A DNA stretch of 64,000 bases from Lepidodermella squamata (lineage: Eukaryota > Animalia > Gastrotricha). Position numbers and translations under genes: made by a program. Positions 1 to 12,656 of the stretch are shown here, piece by piece. The DNA is taken from NCBI GenBank assembly GCA_047495785.1, contig JBLDXI010000032.1, forward strand, positions 3,286,001-3,350,000, read 5' to 3'. Position 1 is the stretch's first letter. Each line of letters starts with the position of its first letter. The notes under the pieces are model-generated. The model worked only from the letters and a program-made list of their open reading frames with translations, was not told the origin of the DNA and did not search any database.

Positions 1-940
1 TCTGTCTGCAATATGACGAAAGCCAGCAGTAGTGTGGTTGAAAAAACCTATAACAAACTATCATAAACATCTTCTTTAAAATGTGGTAAACTTTTACTGG
101 TCTGTCAGGCATCCTGGCTGGCATAGCTAGAGTTGATAATTGAAGAACTGTTAGTGAGATCGTCGGCACAATTATCGTGAAAACATAAGGCAACCAGATG
201 CGTCTCATCTCGAGGCCGATTGTCATTTTCGACCAGCACTGCAAGTCAGTGTTGTCCAATAAATGATAGCAGGCATCGGGCCGAACATCTGAATCAGCTC
301 TAATGAATTCCCAGTGATCTGTTTTCTCCGTAATAACTTCATCCGGACTCAGATAATCGATTCGGACGCTGCTCAGATTGGTTAACCGATCATTGAGCCA
401 CATTTCGAAGATGAATTCACAGCGCTGCGAGTCGAAAGGGAACAGTTCGTGATTCATAGAGCACTTTGCCTTCCACAAACCGCCCGCATTTGTAAACACG
501 GATCCGTCTGAATAAACGTCGATAGGGTACCCGGCCATGTTTTCATCAACAACGAGAATTGACTCAGTTGCGCTGTTCATGAAGGCTAGTTTCGGTTTCC
601 ACATCTGAACGGCATAAGCGCCGTCGATTGCCAGGTAGGTGGATTGTTGCGAGATACGTTTGTCGAAATGAGGCCACAACTTTATTGCGACTTTGTAAAA
701 ACATTCGTCGCGCCAACTAAGAATCAGGTTCCCTCTAACAGCTATCGTTTGCCGGACGTCATCTATTTCGTCGAAACTGTAGAGGCGAAACTTGGCACCG
801 ATATTGACTGTTTTATTCGAGCGGAAAAATGGGTCGCAAAGTAAGGGATTCCTGACCTTGAGATGCTCTTCCAAGCTATCTTCTTGGCCCTCAACGACGC
901 CGGTTAATATAAAATAGTATAACACGTATGACGCATGCAT
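1..940 (-). CDS. Cys-loop ligand-gated ion channel subunit, paralog 1 (3' end runs off the window start)
   Basis: Hand translation from ATG 940 gives MHASYVLYYFILTGVVEGQEDSLEEHLKVRNPLLCDPF...; open and collinear with the 4299-5153 ORF, including the Cys-loop and M1. 50-nt GT-AG intron at 48-97 after MPDRP. Absent from the ORF track because no stop is reached inside the window. Confidence 0.85.
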   Translation of the reverse strand, partial: MHASYVLYYFILTGVVEGQEDSLEEHLKVRNPLLCDPFFRSNKTVNIGAKFRLYSFDEIDDVRQTIAVRGNLILSWRDECFYKVAIKLWPHFDKRISQQSTYLAIDGAYAVQMWKPKLAFMNSATESILVVDENMAGYPIDVYSDGSVFTNAGGLWKAKCSMNHELFPFDSQRCEFIFEMWLNDRLTNLSSVRIDYLSPDEVITEKTDHWEFIRADSDVRPDACYHLLDNTDLQCWSKMTIGLEMRRIWLPYVFTIIVPTISLTVLQLSTLAMPARMPDRPVKVYHILKKMFMIVCYRFFQPHYCWLSSYCRQ

Positions 941-1499
941 CAGCTAATTTGACTGAACCATTATATCCTCATATAAAATATGGTCTCCGAAGTTAGCATC
1001 AAGCAGTTCTCGTCATTTATTTATTCAATCAGCTGTCATTCGAATGATTTCTTTCTGGCCTTGGGAACGGCGGGATGACTATGCATATATAACAGCTTTT
1101 ACCTTAGCAGCAGGCTCAGCATTGATTTGCGAAAATTCTTTCTGCAAATACAGGTGAGGTATTACTCCAGTCGAAGCTCACAAAATAAAAAGATAATAAT
1201 AATAATCTGCTCATCTAGGGTTGATGTTTTTTCGAAATTGTTTCTTCGAGCCGCGAAGGTGCGAAAACCGTGAAACGCCAGCGCAGCGAGCATCACGGAC
1301 AAGGTTTTTGCGATAAATTATTCTACCTTCCACGATGGTCGTGGTTTTCTTGCACACATGTTCGCCTACTTATTTGAAACTTCGTATTAGGCTGTAATTA
1401 TTCGTGATATGCGCATGATTTGGATCCCTCGGGGCGAGACTTCGATTATTCACGAAGTAATGGGCACATGCGTGAAAAGGCCTCTAATGAAACGTCAAT

Positions 1500-1930
1500 T
1501 TGCGAATTTTTGAGTGGCGGCGCTAGTATATAAACATTTTGCTAGACTGCATTCTCAATGAATATCTGATTTGCATCGTGTGATCATTTGAGCGTTCTAA
1601 TTTTTTTTCTCCGATCAAATTGCAGGTAATTTTTTTCTGAAACGCTCAAATGATCACACGATGTGTTTCATCGGTGACGTATTACTCTATTACCTCTGCA
1701 TATAATAAGTAATTGGCCCATGCGTTGTCCTAGTTCTTATGCTATTATATGTTAGATTTTATAAATTTGAAGTATGGGCGAATTTCCAAAATGCTACGGT
1801 TTTGCTACGGCGCCGTAGTTGACATTGCCAGCAGTACGGCGCGAGTGCCACTTTCGGCCAACTTTGCAAATTTTTCCAATTAGGTACAATTTCCCTAAAT
1901 AGGACTATATTAAGTGTCGGCGCGTGACAT
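1500..1930. repeat. Dispersed repeat (non-autonomous element-like) with CTACGGCGCCGTAG palindrome; inverted copy at ~6590-6900, partial copy at ~5330-5520
   Basis: The 14-bp palindrome occurs at 1805-1818, 5398-5411 and 6694-6707. Flanks align in inverted orientation (cctagttcttatgctatta vs taatagcataagaactagg; gagtggcggcgct vs agcgccgccactc). Confidence 0.7.
1574..1663. repeat. 90-bp hairpin / MITE-like element with perfect 23-bp inverted arms
   Basis: catcgtgtgatcatttgagcgtt (1574-1596) pairs with aacgctcaaatgatcacacgatg (1641-1663). Confidence 0.7.
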
Positions 1931-2764
1931 CATGCAAACGCGTCCTTTTGTAACACCATAAAATCAATCAGGAAACAGGCAATTTCTCTGTTATACTCGT
2001 TCATTTCGTTAATACTTAATTTATTCTTGACGCAATCACGCACGCACGCAATTGTCCACCACCACCCTTCCTTTGTTAGCCTGTAGGTGCGCGCCAGTAA
2101 AAGCTACAACAATGTAATAACGACCGATCAAATAATGGAAACGAGCCCAATCGGTAAACTTTTACAGTATTGTAAGTACGCGAGCGCACCATCAGATAAC
2201 CCTTTGTCGCTGCGCGCAGTTCCAACTCTCCATTTCCATTCCTCCATGATGTGAGCTGAACTTACCGCAGAGAAAGTAATTTTACCGCCTTTGCTTGAGT
2301 GTCGTAGAGTAGTGCCGTTTACGGTAAGTTATTTACCGCAACTAGAGAACATTGGCGAGATGGAGTTACCGTTAAAAGAAGAGTTATACCGAAACGCTAA
2401 CGACCCGTTACTGTAGAATTTCGCCAATGTATAACATTTTCTTGTCCCCGTGAAAGTGGACGATAGTGACGTCAAACTTTAATTCATTCATGTTATGTAG
2501 ATATTATCGGCTGATCGTTGATTTTCCGTTTCATAGAAAATTTTAATTCTTCGTTGCTTCTCAAGTGAACAATTGTTGGCCGCAATATTAAAAGAGCTGA
2601 TGCAAGGGTCCTACGTGTTATATTTGTATGGTATAGCATGAGTAAAGAGTTCATATCTGAACGGAGCCGGCCGAGATTTACGAATCGAAACGAGCCGGAG
2701 GCGAGTTGAGATGAGTAAATCGAGTGCGGCGAGTTCAGATATAAACGATTTACGAATGTTATAT

Positions 2765-3665
2765 CGTAAAATATCGAATTTACAATTTTGAGGAGATCGA
2801 CGACGTCAGGCAAACGATAGCAATTAAAGGGAACATGATGCTTAATTGGCACGACGATTGTTATACTATAAGGTCGCTAAGCAGTTGTGGCCTCATTTTG
2901 AAAAATCCACCTACCTGGTAATTAATCGCGCTTATTGTGCTCAGATGTGGAAACCGCAAGTAGCCTTCATGAACAGCGCAACTGAGTCGATTCTCGTCGT
3001 TGATGAAAACACGGCCGGTTACCCTATCTACGCATATTCAGACGGATTAGTGGTAACAGATGCTGCTGGTTTATATAAAGCAAAGTGCTCGATAAATCAC
3101 GAACTGTTCCCTTTCGACTCGCAGCGCTGTGCATTCATCTTCGAAATGTGGCTCCATGATGGGCTAACTAATGTGAGCAGTGTCCGAACCGATTTCCTGA
3201 ACCCAGAAAAAGGCATTACTGAAAAAACCGACCTTTGGGCCTTCGTCAGAAAGGATTCAGATATTCGTCCTGTTGAGTGTTTTTCCATCTAACAGCAAAC
3301 GTATGCGGTGTTGGTCGAAAATGACGTTCACTCTGGAGATGAGACGCGTCTGGTTACCTTATGTTTTCACGATAATAGTACCGACGATCGCACTAACAGT
3401 TCTTCAATTAGCAATTCTAGCTATGCCAGCCAGGATGCCTGACAGACCCGTAAAAATTTCCTACATTTCATTGAATATGTTGTTAACAGTTTGCTATATA
3501 GGTTTTTATCAACCACACTCCTGTTAGCTTTCGTCATATTGCAGACAGACGCTCGACAAAGCATTCCCGATTCAACAGTTGTGGTTGTTTTACTGGTTTA
3601 TTTCAATATAAACATCGTCGCAGGCACGCTCATGTGCATCTACGTAACAATCATGGTTGCATTCG
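2765..3665 (+). pseudogene. Cys-loop channel subunit pseudogene, paralog 2 (inverted)
   Basis: KYRIYNFEEIDDVRQT..., Cys-loop CSINHELFPFDSQRC and M1-M3 are recognisable. Frameshifts near 2860, 3285 and 3508; signal peptide missing; truncated after M3 (~3665). Confidence 0.8.
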
Positions 3666-3927
3666 CAGATCGGTGCGGAGTGTTCGGTTCTCGGTTCCCA
3701 ATTCTTGGCATTAACTATCAGTTTACCTGCCCTCGTCTATTTGTCACTCTGCTGCACCATCCACATGTAGCAGTACTTTTTGACCGTAACCTTGCCGGGC
3801 CAATTTTTCGCCGCCGGGAACACCAGCTCAGCTGAGGTGTAAATAGCGAAAAACCAACGAAAACCCTCATTCTTGAAACAGACAAATATTTTTTATTTTC
3901 TTCATTTGCGACGCAGTGTTGTCATTT

Positions 3928-5153
3928 TTACAACACATTAGAAACACGCGCGGCGAGATACACGTGTTCTCCGATAAAAATTAAGACGAAAATTAAGAAT
4001 GCAATCAAATCGCATTGCCGAGGGTGAGTCAATGCAAAGAATTTAAACAAAGGGTTCTTATGTCGCCCTATTCTCTTTAGGTGATCTGCATATCCAACCA
4101 TAATTGTAACGTAGATGCACATAAGCGTGCCCGCGACGATGTTTATATTGAAATAAACCAGTAAAACAACCACAACTGTTGAATCGGGAATGCTTTGTCG
4201 AGCGTCTGTCTGCAATATGACGAAAGCTAACAGGAGTGTGGTTGAAAAAACCTGTAAAACAAAGAAGTAAGAAGTAGTAGCAACCTATTCAATGAAAATT
4301 AGGCAATTTTTACAGGTCTGTCAGGCATCCTGGCTGGCATAGCTAGAGTTGCTAATTGAAGAACTGTTAGTGAGATCGTCGGTACTATTATCGTGAAAAC
4401 ATAAGGCAGCCCGATGCGTCTCATCTCAAGAATGATTGTCATTTTCGACCAGCACTGCTTCTGAGAGTTGTCTGATAGGAAATAGCAGGCATCAGGTCGA
4501 ACATCTGAATCAGCTCTAATGAATTCCCAGTGATCTGTTTTCTCAGTAATAACTTTATCAGGACTTAGATAATCGATTCGGACGCTGCTCAGATTGGTTA
4601 ACCGATCATTGAGCCACATTTCGAAGATGAATTCACAGCGCTGCGAGTCGAAAGGGAACAGTTCGTGATTCATAGAGCACTTTGCCTTCCACAAACCGCC
4701 CGCATTTGTAAACACGGATCCGTCTGAATAAACGTCGATAGGGTACCCGGCCATGTTTTCATCAACAACGAGAATTGACTCAGTTGCGCTGTTCATGAAG
4801 GCTAGTTTCGGTTTCCACATCTGAACGGCATAAGCGCCGTCGATTGCCAGGTAGGTTGATGTTTGCGAGATACTTTCTTCGAAGTGAGGCCACGCCTGTT
4901 TAGCGACCTTGTAAAAACAGTCGTCGTGCCAACTAAGGACCAGGTTCCCTCTAACAGCTATCGTTTGCCTGACGTCATCTATTTCGTCGAAATTGTAGAG
5001 CCGAAACTTGGCACCGATATTGACTGTTTTGTTCGAGCGGGCAAACGGGTCGCAAAGCAGAGGATCTCTGAGAGTGAGATGATCTGTTATGCCTTCTTCT
5101 TGAGCTGTAACGGCGCCGGTAAAAATAAAATATAGCAGGTAGGACGCTTGCAT
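3928..5153 (-). CDS. Cys-loop ligand-gated ion channel subunit (divergent nAChR-like), paralog 3, complete
   Basis: Signal peptide, WKPKL loop A, Cys-loop CSMNHELFPFDSQRC, FEMW loop B, M1-M4. Intron 4252-4313 joins ...MPDRP to VFSTTLLLAF... Confidence 0.88.
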
Positions 5154-7664
5154 CAGCTCATTTATAAAACCGTCAATTACGTGCTCGAGAAGTTACGAAG
5201 CATTAAAAATTTCCTACGAGATAGGAAAAATCAAATATCCGCGAAGACATCTAAATACGATAACAAATTAACAAGAATGAATTGAAGTTTGACATCACTA
5301 TAGTACGCTTTCACAGGGGGCGAAAATAATAGCACTCGCACCGTACTGCCGGCACGGTCAACTACGGCGCAACAACGGTGCCGGTACGGCTGGTCATCTA
5401 CGGCGCCGTAGCGATTCCGTAACTTTTTGAAAATTCCCCCTGACTTCAAATTTATGAAATCTAACAAAATATCATATCATCAATTAGGGACACGGATTGG
5501 CCAATAAGCTTAATATGAACCGGTGATAAAAGGTCCCGTTAACATTAATGAAAAATCAGGTAAAGGCTTCAGATAACAGTCTCGCTCTTGAAAACGTTTG
5601 AAAGTATGTATAACCGTGAAACGATGTATTCAATAACTACCTAGAGGTCGACAGTAACAAGGCGGAAAAGAGAATGAAGAATTTGCTGCGGTTCGAACTG
5701 ACCAATGTGCCCTTGAAGTAGTTACACTCTGATGTCGAGCGGCAATAAGCTGATTTCAGACTAGAAAAGTTAGCCCGATTTCACGGGTTCCTGAGAATAA
5801 ATTCCCTGTGGGTAGCCAACGGGTACCCTGGGATCCCAGTTATCAGATGCATGCGCAGGAACCCGCCCGTCATCAATCACCTGGTCAACCTGGGTTCCCA
5901 AAGTTCCCCATAACATAGCATTTTAGGCTGATTTCAGAGGTTGGGTTCCAGCCCAATTTCGCGGGTTCCGAAGACTCCCAAACGTATCGCGGGTTGTCAA
6001 CATCTTCATATAAGACACGTCTTTGTAAGCAGATTGCTGCAATCAGTATTGAGCGCACCTATCACTCGGGATTCAACCGATATACATTCAGCCTATGCTA
6101 TTCAGCTGGCTTCATGCTGATTTTTGAAAATTTGTATCCTAACTGTGTTTTTCAGTTTTCGACTTGTTTTCAGGTAGCCTACCTCTTATCGACGGAGTAT
6201 GCGAAAATTCGTGAAAATCCCATTACGGTTATCATGTTTTAAAAAATGTTTTGAGCTGGCCGTAGCACGCGAAAGTGCTACGTAGCACTGTGGTAGCGCT
6301 GAAATAGCAGTCGCCGTAGCGCTACCGTAGCGGCCCCGTAGTTGTGCTATTTGAGTGCTATTATTTTTGTATACTGGCAGGAAAAATATATACCTTGGCG
6401 AAAATTGTAAACTACGGGTCCAAATACTTAAAATCCATTGGGACCAGTAATAAGTGCGCTCTAACTAGAGAATTGTACCATGAAGTGAAGTAAATGTCAA
6501 CTGTTGTTATAGCGAGGGCTCTATAATACAAACCGATTTCCTTAAATCATTATCCTAATTAATCCTAAATAATGCATGCGTCATGAGTCGACCCGTAATA
6601 ACTGCTTTCTAGGGAAATTATCCCCAATTGGAAAAATTTGGAAAATTATCCCTAATTAGCCGAAAAACTGCACGCACCTGCTGGCACGGTCAACTACGGC
6701 GCCGTAGCAAAACTATAATAGCATTTTGAAAATTCCCCCATGCTTCACAATAATGAAATCTAACATAATAGCATAAGAACTAGGAAAAAGCATGGGCTAA
6801 TTGCCCAATTATAAGCAGAGGTTATTGAATCCCGTGACCGAAAATATCAGGTAATTCTTGGAGAAAAATATATATCCGAGCGCCGCCACTCACTAATTTT
6901 GCCCTTTTAACATATGCAAGAACTTCCTCAATTTTGACGATGGAGTGATGAGAGTATGCTCAACATGTAGGGAAACCTCGATTTTCATTGTGTATTTTCA
7001 ACTTGAGAAACAAAGGGGTTGATATACGCGCAGGAAATCTACTGCAAAACATTTGTGAGCTCGTGTAAAAATATGCCAACGCAAAAATTAATGCATTCAC
7101 GTCTGGCCGTCTTCAGTAACTAAGTGTGGACGACTGATGAACTGGCCACCGTTCAAACCGACCAATATGAACCTGGTTATTGGCTGATTACTGACTAGTT
7201 TGAAGGGTTCCGGAGGCTCCCTTCCCAGGCTGAGCATGTCAGCGTGTTCCTATAGGAGCCCTCTTTGTAAATTGTAGCAAGTTCTAATCATATCGGCTAC
7301 TCGTGACATATCGGAAAAACTGAAGATTAAATTGATGAAATCGTGATAAGACAGGTCTAGTCCAGGCAAAGCAAAAACAAGTTCATAGGTTTCTAGAAAC
7401 CACGACCATCATAGACAACAGTTGAGGGAAATAATTGCTGCCAGGAATAGTTGAGTCTCCAAAGTAAGCAGATGATAGTTTGCTCATTATTTATTTATTC
7501 ATTGAATCAGCTATCATTCGAATGATTTCTCTATGGCCTTCGCAAACGCCGCGACAAGTATGCTTCAATATAACAATGTTGACATTGTAGCAGGCTCAAC
7601 GTTGATTCCTGCAAATACACAGGTGTGGTAGTGATATGAAGAGTGTTTTTTTATCGAATTCCGC

Positions 7665-10600
7665 TCATAGCTTCTCGGTTAGAACTTGCAACGCCGCTGT
7701 ATTTTCGATTTCTTCTATTGACCTCTCTTCCTTGGACGACAACTGCGTCTCTGCGGTATCAAAATACCAGAGACTGATTTTAAATTCTTAAACCTTATAC
7801 GGGTCAACTCACTTAATTCAGAGGATTCGATAATTCTTTCACCACTCTGCTGCTTAGGTCGGGTCCTGAAGTAGTCGATCCACCAGTAGAGTATTTCGAA
7901 CAAATTCAACGGAGGAGGTAGATAGGTAGTTCTGTAGTAATTCGTAACAGCCTTGTAAACCGAGAAGCACCACAAATCGCCGGCCATGACCCGGATCTTA
8001 TCGACTCGATATGCAAACATGCCGATTAAGAGGTTGAACAACAAAAAATTTGTCAATGAAAGATACAAAATCAACAAAATAATAGCCAGAAAATTGCTTC
8101 GAAATTGAATTGGCTCGTCGGTCACCTCCGACTGAGAAATTCCGTGGAAGAATGATTGATTGCCATGATGGACCGTTCCGTTGATAAGGTACACATCAGG
8201 GCCGTCGCAATTTCGGCCTTCGACGAGGCAACGACCTTCTTCCAAACCGATGTTGGCCAGGTTCCACCAACGGTCGTAGACAACGGTGAGGAGTAGTTTG
8301 AAGAAATCAACAACCCCATCAACTGGTTCGCTCGGGTGAAGTAGAGCGTGAAGAGGGATTGAGAAGGCGAACAGCAGGACGATATAAATGAACATGAAAA
8401 CTCCGAAATCGTAAAACTATGAAAATTCAGTTAATTCAAAAATTCAGGATTTTTTCCAAGATTTTACCATTGCGAAAAATGCGATAACTTTCGGCCCGAT
8501 TCTTGTCGGCTGGAAGATTCGAAGAGATCTCAGCCAGTAGAGTAGACAGCTCATGGCATAAGTGTGATGCGCGTATATGTAAGTTTTGCTTTGAAGCCGC
8601 AACAAAGCCGCTACAAGTACAGTCGCCATGGTTAATGTATCCAGAAAGCTGATAAATTCGCGGAACAAGATGTATTTGAAGTAATGCTTGAACTTGAGAG
8701 ACTTTTGCCCAAGAATTACCCTCTAAAAATGTTGATTAGGAGTAATTTTATGGGATAAAGATAGGTTTCCATACCTTGTGTAAAGAGTCACAATAAACTG
8801 TGAAGGACCAAAACCAGATGAAAATCTCGATATGAGTTATGCCAGCTTCGTTGAGAGACGATAGAATGAAGTAGGTGTATAACAGCATGAAAGCCAGCAT
8901 TGAGGTTGTGTGGAACATGTACTTAACCTTTGGAGCTGTGTAGATAGCCTTCAAGGCAGCTTGCAACGATATGTGGCTCTGCCGCGATTCACAAGGAGAC
9001 AGTGAAGCTTTTAAAAATCGTTTCTCTGGCTGTTTCATCGGGCGAGGTTTGCAATCATCATCACCATCGTCACTTCCTGAGTCTGATTCATCCTGAAGCC
9101 CGCGAATACCAATCGGCGACATAGGAATTTCGCTGGCTCGTTCAGATTGGTTCCTTGAAGGCTTGGATATAGGTTCTTCAGTGGTGAATTCGATAAAATA
9201 AAGCAGTGGCCATGATATCAATGGGACCAAGGCGATGAAGTAGATCTAGTTCGAAAAATTAATGACTCCAATTAATATTTTAATAAATTTAATGAAAATT
9301 AATGTGTTTAACGTAGGTAGTACAGCGTGTCCCAGAAGTTGCGCAACCATTTTTTAATTTGGCAACTTTTTGTAGAAAATTCGAAACTTTTTTTTAATTA
9401 AACCTAACAAAATCCATCTTTAATCTGCGATTTAACCGAATAAATGAAAAATTCCGGAGAAAATCCGGAAAACCCCGAGGGTAATTTTCGGAATTTTACC
9501 AAATTTTTCCGGACTAATTTTATCCCAAGTGACATAGTTGATAACTATTCTATTGATTTTTTTTTTAATTTTTCTAACATTTTTCTGGCCGTTGGATGTG
9601 ACTCCGTCTCTCATTTTAGACCTCATTTTAGTTCTGGACCGTTTTCCGTGTATTTTCTATGCTTGCGTTACTTAAGGGATACGCTGTGTAATTGATTTAT
9701 GGCTCTCATATTTTGCAAAACCGAACTTGGAGATCTCTAGGTCTGGAAGTTTAGGGTTTGTGCTTGGCACACTGCGTAAGACCTAATATAAGACCTTTGG
9801 TCTCTTACCAAAAGGCTGGAATTGTAAACTGCCAGTTTTCCGCGCCAAACTTCGCCAAGTTTACTTTGAACAGCCGGGTGGGCGATGAATTTTTTCTCAT
9901 TGCCGTAGAACGCCATTTCAAGAAGGGTCTTATGTTGCCATACAGCACACGTTCTTGTCAAAATTCTGTCAATTTGATCCGGTTGGCGCTCTTGGCATTT
10001 GGTTAACATCTCCAAGTAACGAGCTTGCCAAATGCTTCAAGAATTGTATGAAATTTCTCAATTTGATCTCAAAGTGGGACTTACTCGGCTGATTTCAAGT
10101 AAGATGCTTTCAAGTCTCTCATGTCTAGACGTCCGCTTGTCATAGCCACCGATCTCAGGAAAATGCAGGCCATGAGGGCACTAGCTATTTTATTGCCTGA
10201 TTCAGAATGCTTCCAAATTACTTCCGAGAATTTGCGCCTTTTCGAAATGAGAAAAAGAATGAACAAATCACGCATTTTTTCCCGCATTTGCTGTTTGTTC
10301 TGCGGGCACGAACAGTCGTCCAGATTATGATAATCGCGGTATGGATTGCTCAGGTTGATGCCGAAAATTCTCGAGATAATACGGCCGATGATGAGCAACT
10401 TTTCAAACTTGTCAAATTTGCGTGTTATTAAGCCTCTTTCCGCCTTAACAATGTTCTCAATATTAGATCGATTAATTTACGATAAGGCAAATTACCTCTT
10501 GAGCATTTGCGACGGATTCAGCTCGATTTTTCCGAAAGTTCTCAGCCTCGGGCTTTTTCGGAAGGCCGTTGTACAGATATTGAACTAATCGCAGAGATCT

Positions 10601-12377
10601 TTTCGAAACTCTGACTTCGCCTTTTGACCTGGACGTCCCAAAAAACTAGAGAAAAAAACAATTGTTGTTGATTTTGTAAATACATTGATAGGTTATACCA
10701 TTGAATATAATTCGGCGATTCGACTTGCAGTCAGATATTTTCTCAGATTAATAACCCGATAGCTCAAGAATAGTTCAAAGAAACTGTATTGATTCCTGGT
10801 TATTGCTGTAGTCATAAAGTGCCTTGACATGAGGTCAAAATTGGCGAAAACTAGGTCAAAAGTCGTAGAGTTGCCAACTTTCCGCACGCGGCTCTCGTAT
10901 AAGATTCCGGCAGCAATTTTATCCAAATCCCAAAGTTGAGCGAGCCTCAGTAGCGTTAACTCCGAAAATCCGATATTAGCCTTGCAAATGGCTTTGAGAA
11001 TGATTTCAGCCATCATCTTTTTGTCACTATTCAGCTCAAACACGTCCACAATGGTGATCTTGAAAAAAATGCGAATTCGAAGGTAAAAGCTTGAAAAAAC
11101 ATGATTTTATACCCTATGCCGATATTTGACCGAAATTTCAAGCCAGTTGAGGTATTTATCGATATCATCTTCACTTTTGGCTTGGTGTGTAACGCGCTTA
11201 AAAGCCGGGTGCTTCTTCACTTGCTCCCTAAAGTCGGGCGGAATCTCGCTGATTTCAGCCTCGCTTTTAATTATACATTTAGGTTTATTAGGGTCGAGAA
11301 ATTGAAAACGCACCTGCCGTCGCCTAGGTAAGAAAATTCGGTACTTTTAGCAGCGCTGTTTGGCGCTGTTAGTTCGTAAATGAAGGAAACTAAATCAGCT
11401 GCTCCACCTTGATATCATAAATTTGTTACCCAAGAAACTTTAGAAAAATTAATTTTCACCGAAACCGCGAATAATTATTGTTGGATGAGTCGCTACGGAT
11501 TGAGCCACAGTTTCCAACGTACCAGGCCCACCTCCTATCACGAGAAGTATCAGCGGAATTGAGAAGGCCACGTCATTAGCAGTCTGCCGCTGCTCTTGTA
11601 TAGACTTCTTCATAATGTAAGTCAATAGAGCGTGACGAAATGGTATTTCTTGCCCGAATTTATTCTCGACACCAGAATCAACCAGCAGAAAGTAATTGTG
11701 CCCAGGGTCGAGGCTGGTTTCATGCCGTTGCGGCCATTTGTTGACACTCGTGTCGTAGATGACACCATCAACGCCGTTTTCATCAACTAAATCCTGCCGA
11801 TTAATTACAACTCCCCACGTTGCAATTCCTATACATGGTATTTTAATTTTAGAATTGTCACAGTTCAGTCTAGCTTTCGTCGCAGCCTCCCCGACCATTT
11901 TCATAACACCCCGATTTGTCCCGCCTGTAACCAGCCAAGCGTGTTGGTTCAACGCAGCTTGAATCAGGACTTGGTTAATTGTCTCCAGGGACGCTTCATT
12001 GACGAAAGGCGCGTCTATTGCTGACCCAGTGACCTCTATTATAAGCTCCGGCTTGCCGATATCCCACTCGGAAGTCATAAGTTCGTAAATTTTATCCATG
12101 CGTTTGCCTGTTTCCGACGAGTTTTTAGTTTCCCATTTTGCGTCATCGTAGATTCGAACAAACTTAGCACTGGCGTTGTTGTCAACACTATCGTCCTCAC
12201 ATATCGAATTATTAGCGAATTTAAGGCTTCCATAAGCGTTGCATGATTTGCCGATTTCCTCGCTATAATTACAAAGAAATTCGAATAATTGTGAATAATC
12301 GAGAAATGCATATACCTATTGGGATCTTTCAACAGTTTGAAATGTGCCCGGATAAATTCCTTTGCGGGAACACTCAT
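7665..12377 (-). CDS. TRPM-like cation channel, paralog 1 (multi-exon)
   Basis: MHR1/2 (SLOG) motifs WLVTGGTNRGVMKMVGEA, CIGIATWG, LDPGHNYFLLVDSG, GGGPGTL. Also FIAHPAVQ, IYTAPKVK, S4-S5 RIGPKV, S6 NFLLFNLLIGMF and PPPLN. Last exon reads ...IEEIENTAALQVLTEKL*. Confidence 0.9.
9323..9686. mobile_element. Tc1/mariner-type MITE in a TRPM paralog 1 intron
   Basis: ta|CAGCGTGTCCC...GGGATACGCTG termini; related copy at 19671-19984 shares the internal tgactccg-ctctcattttaga motif. Confidence 0.7.
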
Positions 12378-12656
12378 TTCAAAATAAATTTTATGACTGA
12401 AAATAGGAGTTTGTTTACTTCATATTTGAAGGTTATCTGAGGCAAGCTAAGATAACAAATTTGCTGAATTAGGTATTTCAGGAGCTGGTTTCCTGATAAA
12501 GAAAGCTATAGCGCTGGTTTCATATCGCTTTCACCAATAATTTGTGTTTTATCGCAGATTTATTTTCATTTTGCTTATTCACTATCATTTTTGTCATTGA
12601 ATGAATGCAAAACTTTTAATTAAAGACTTGTTTTTCAATCAAATTTCCTGATCCAG

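Noticed and set aside
644-844. Short ORF-track ORFs antisense to real genes (644-844, 4863-5135, 29634-29906 and many others)
   Set aside because: They are shadows of coding exons on the opposite strand or in other frames; their recurrence reflects paralogy of the sense genes.
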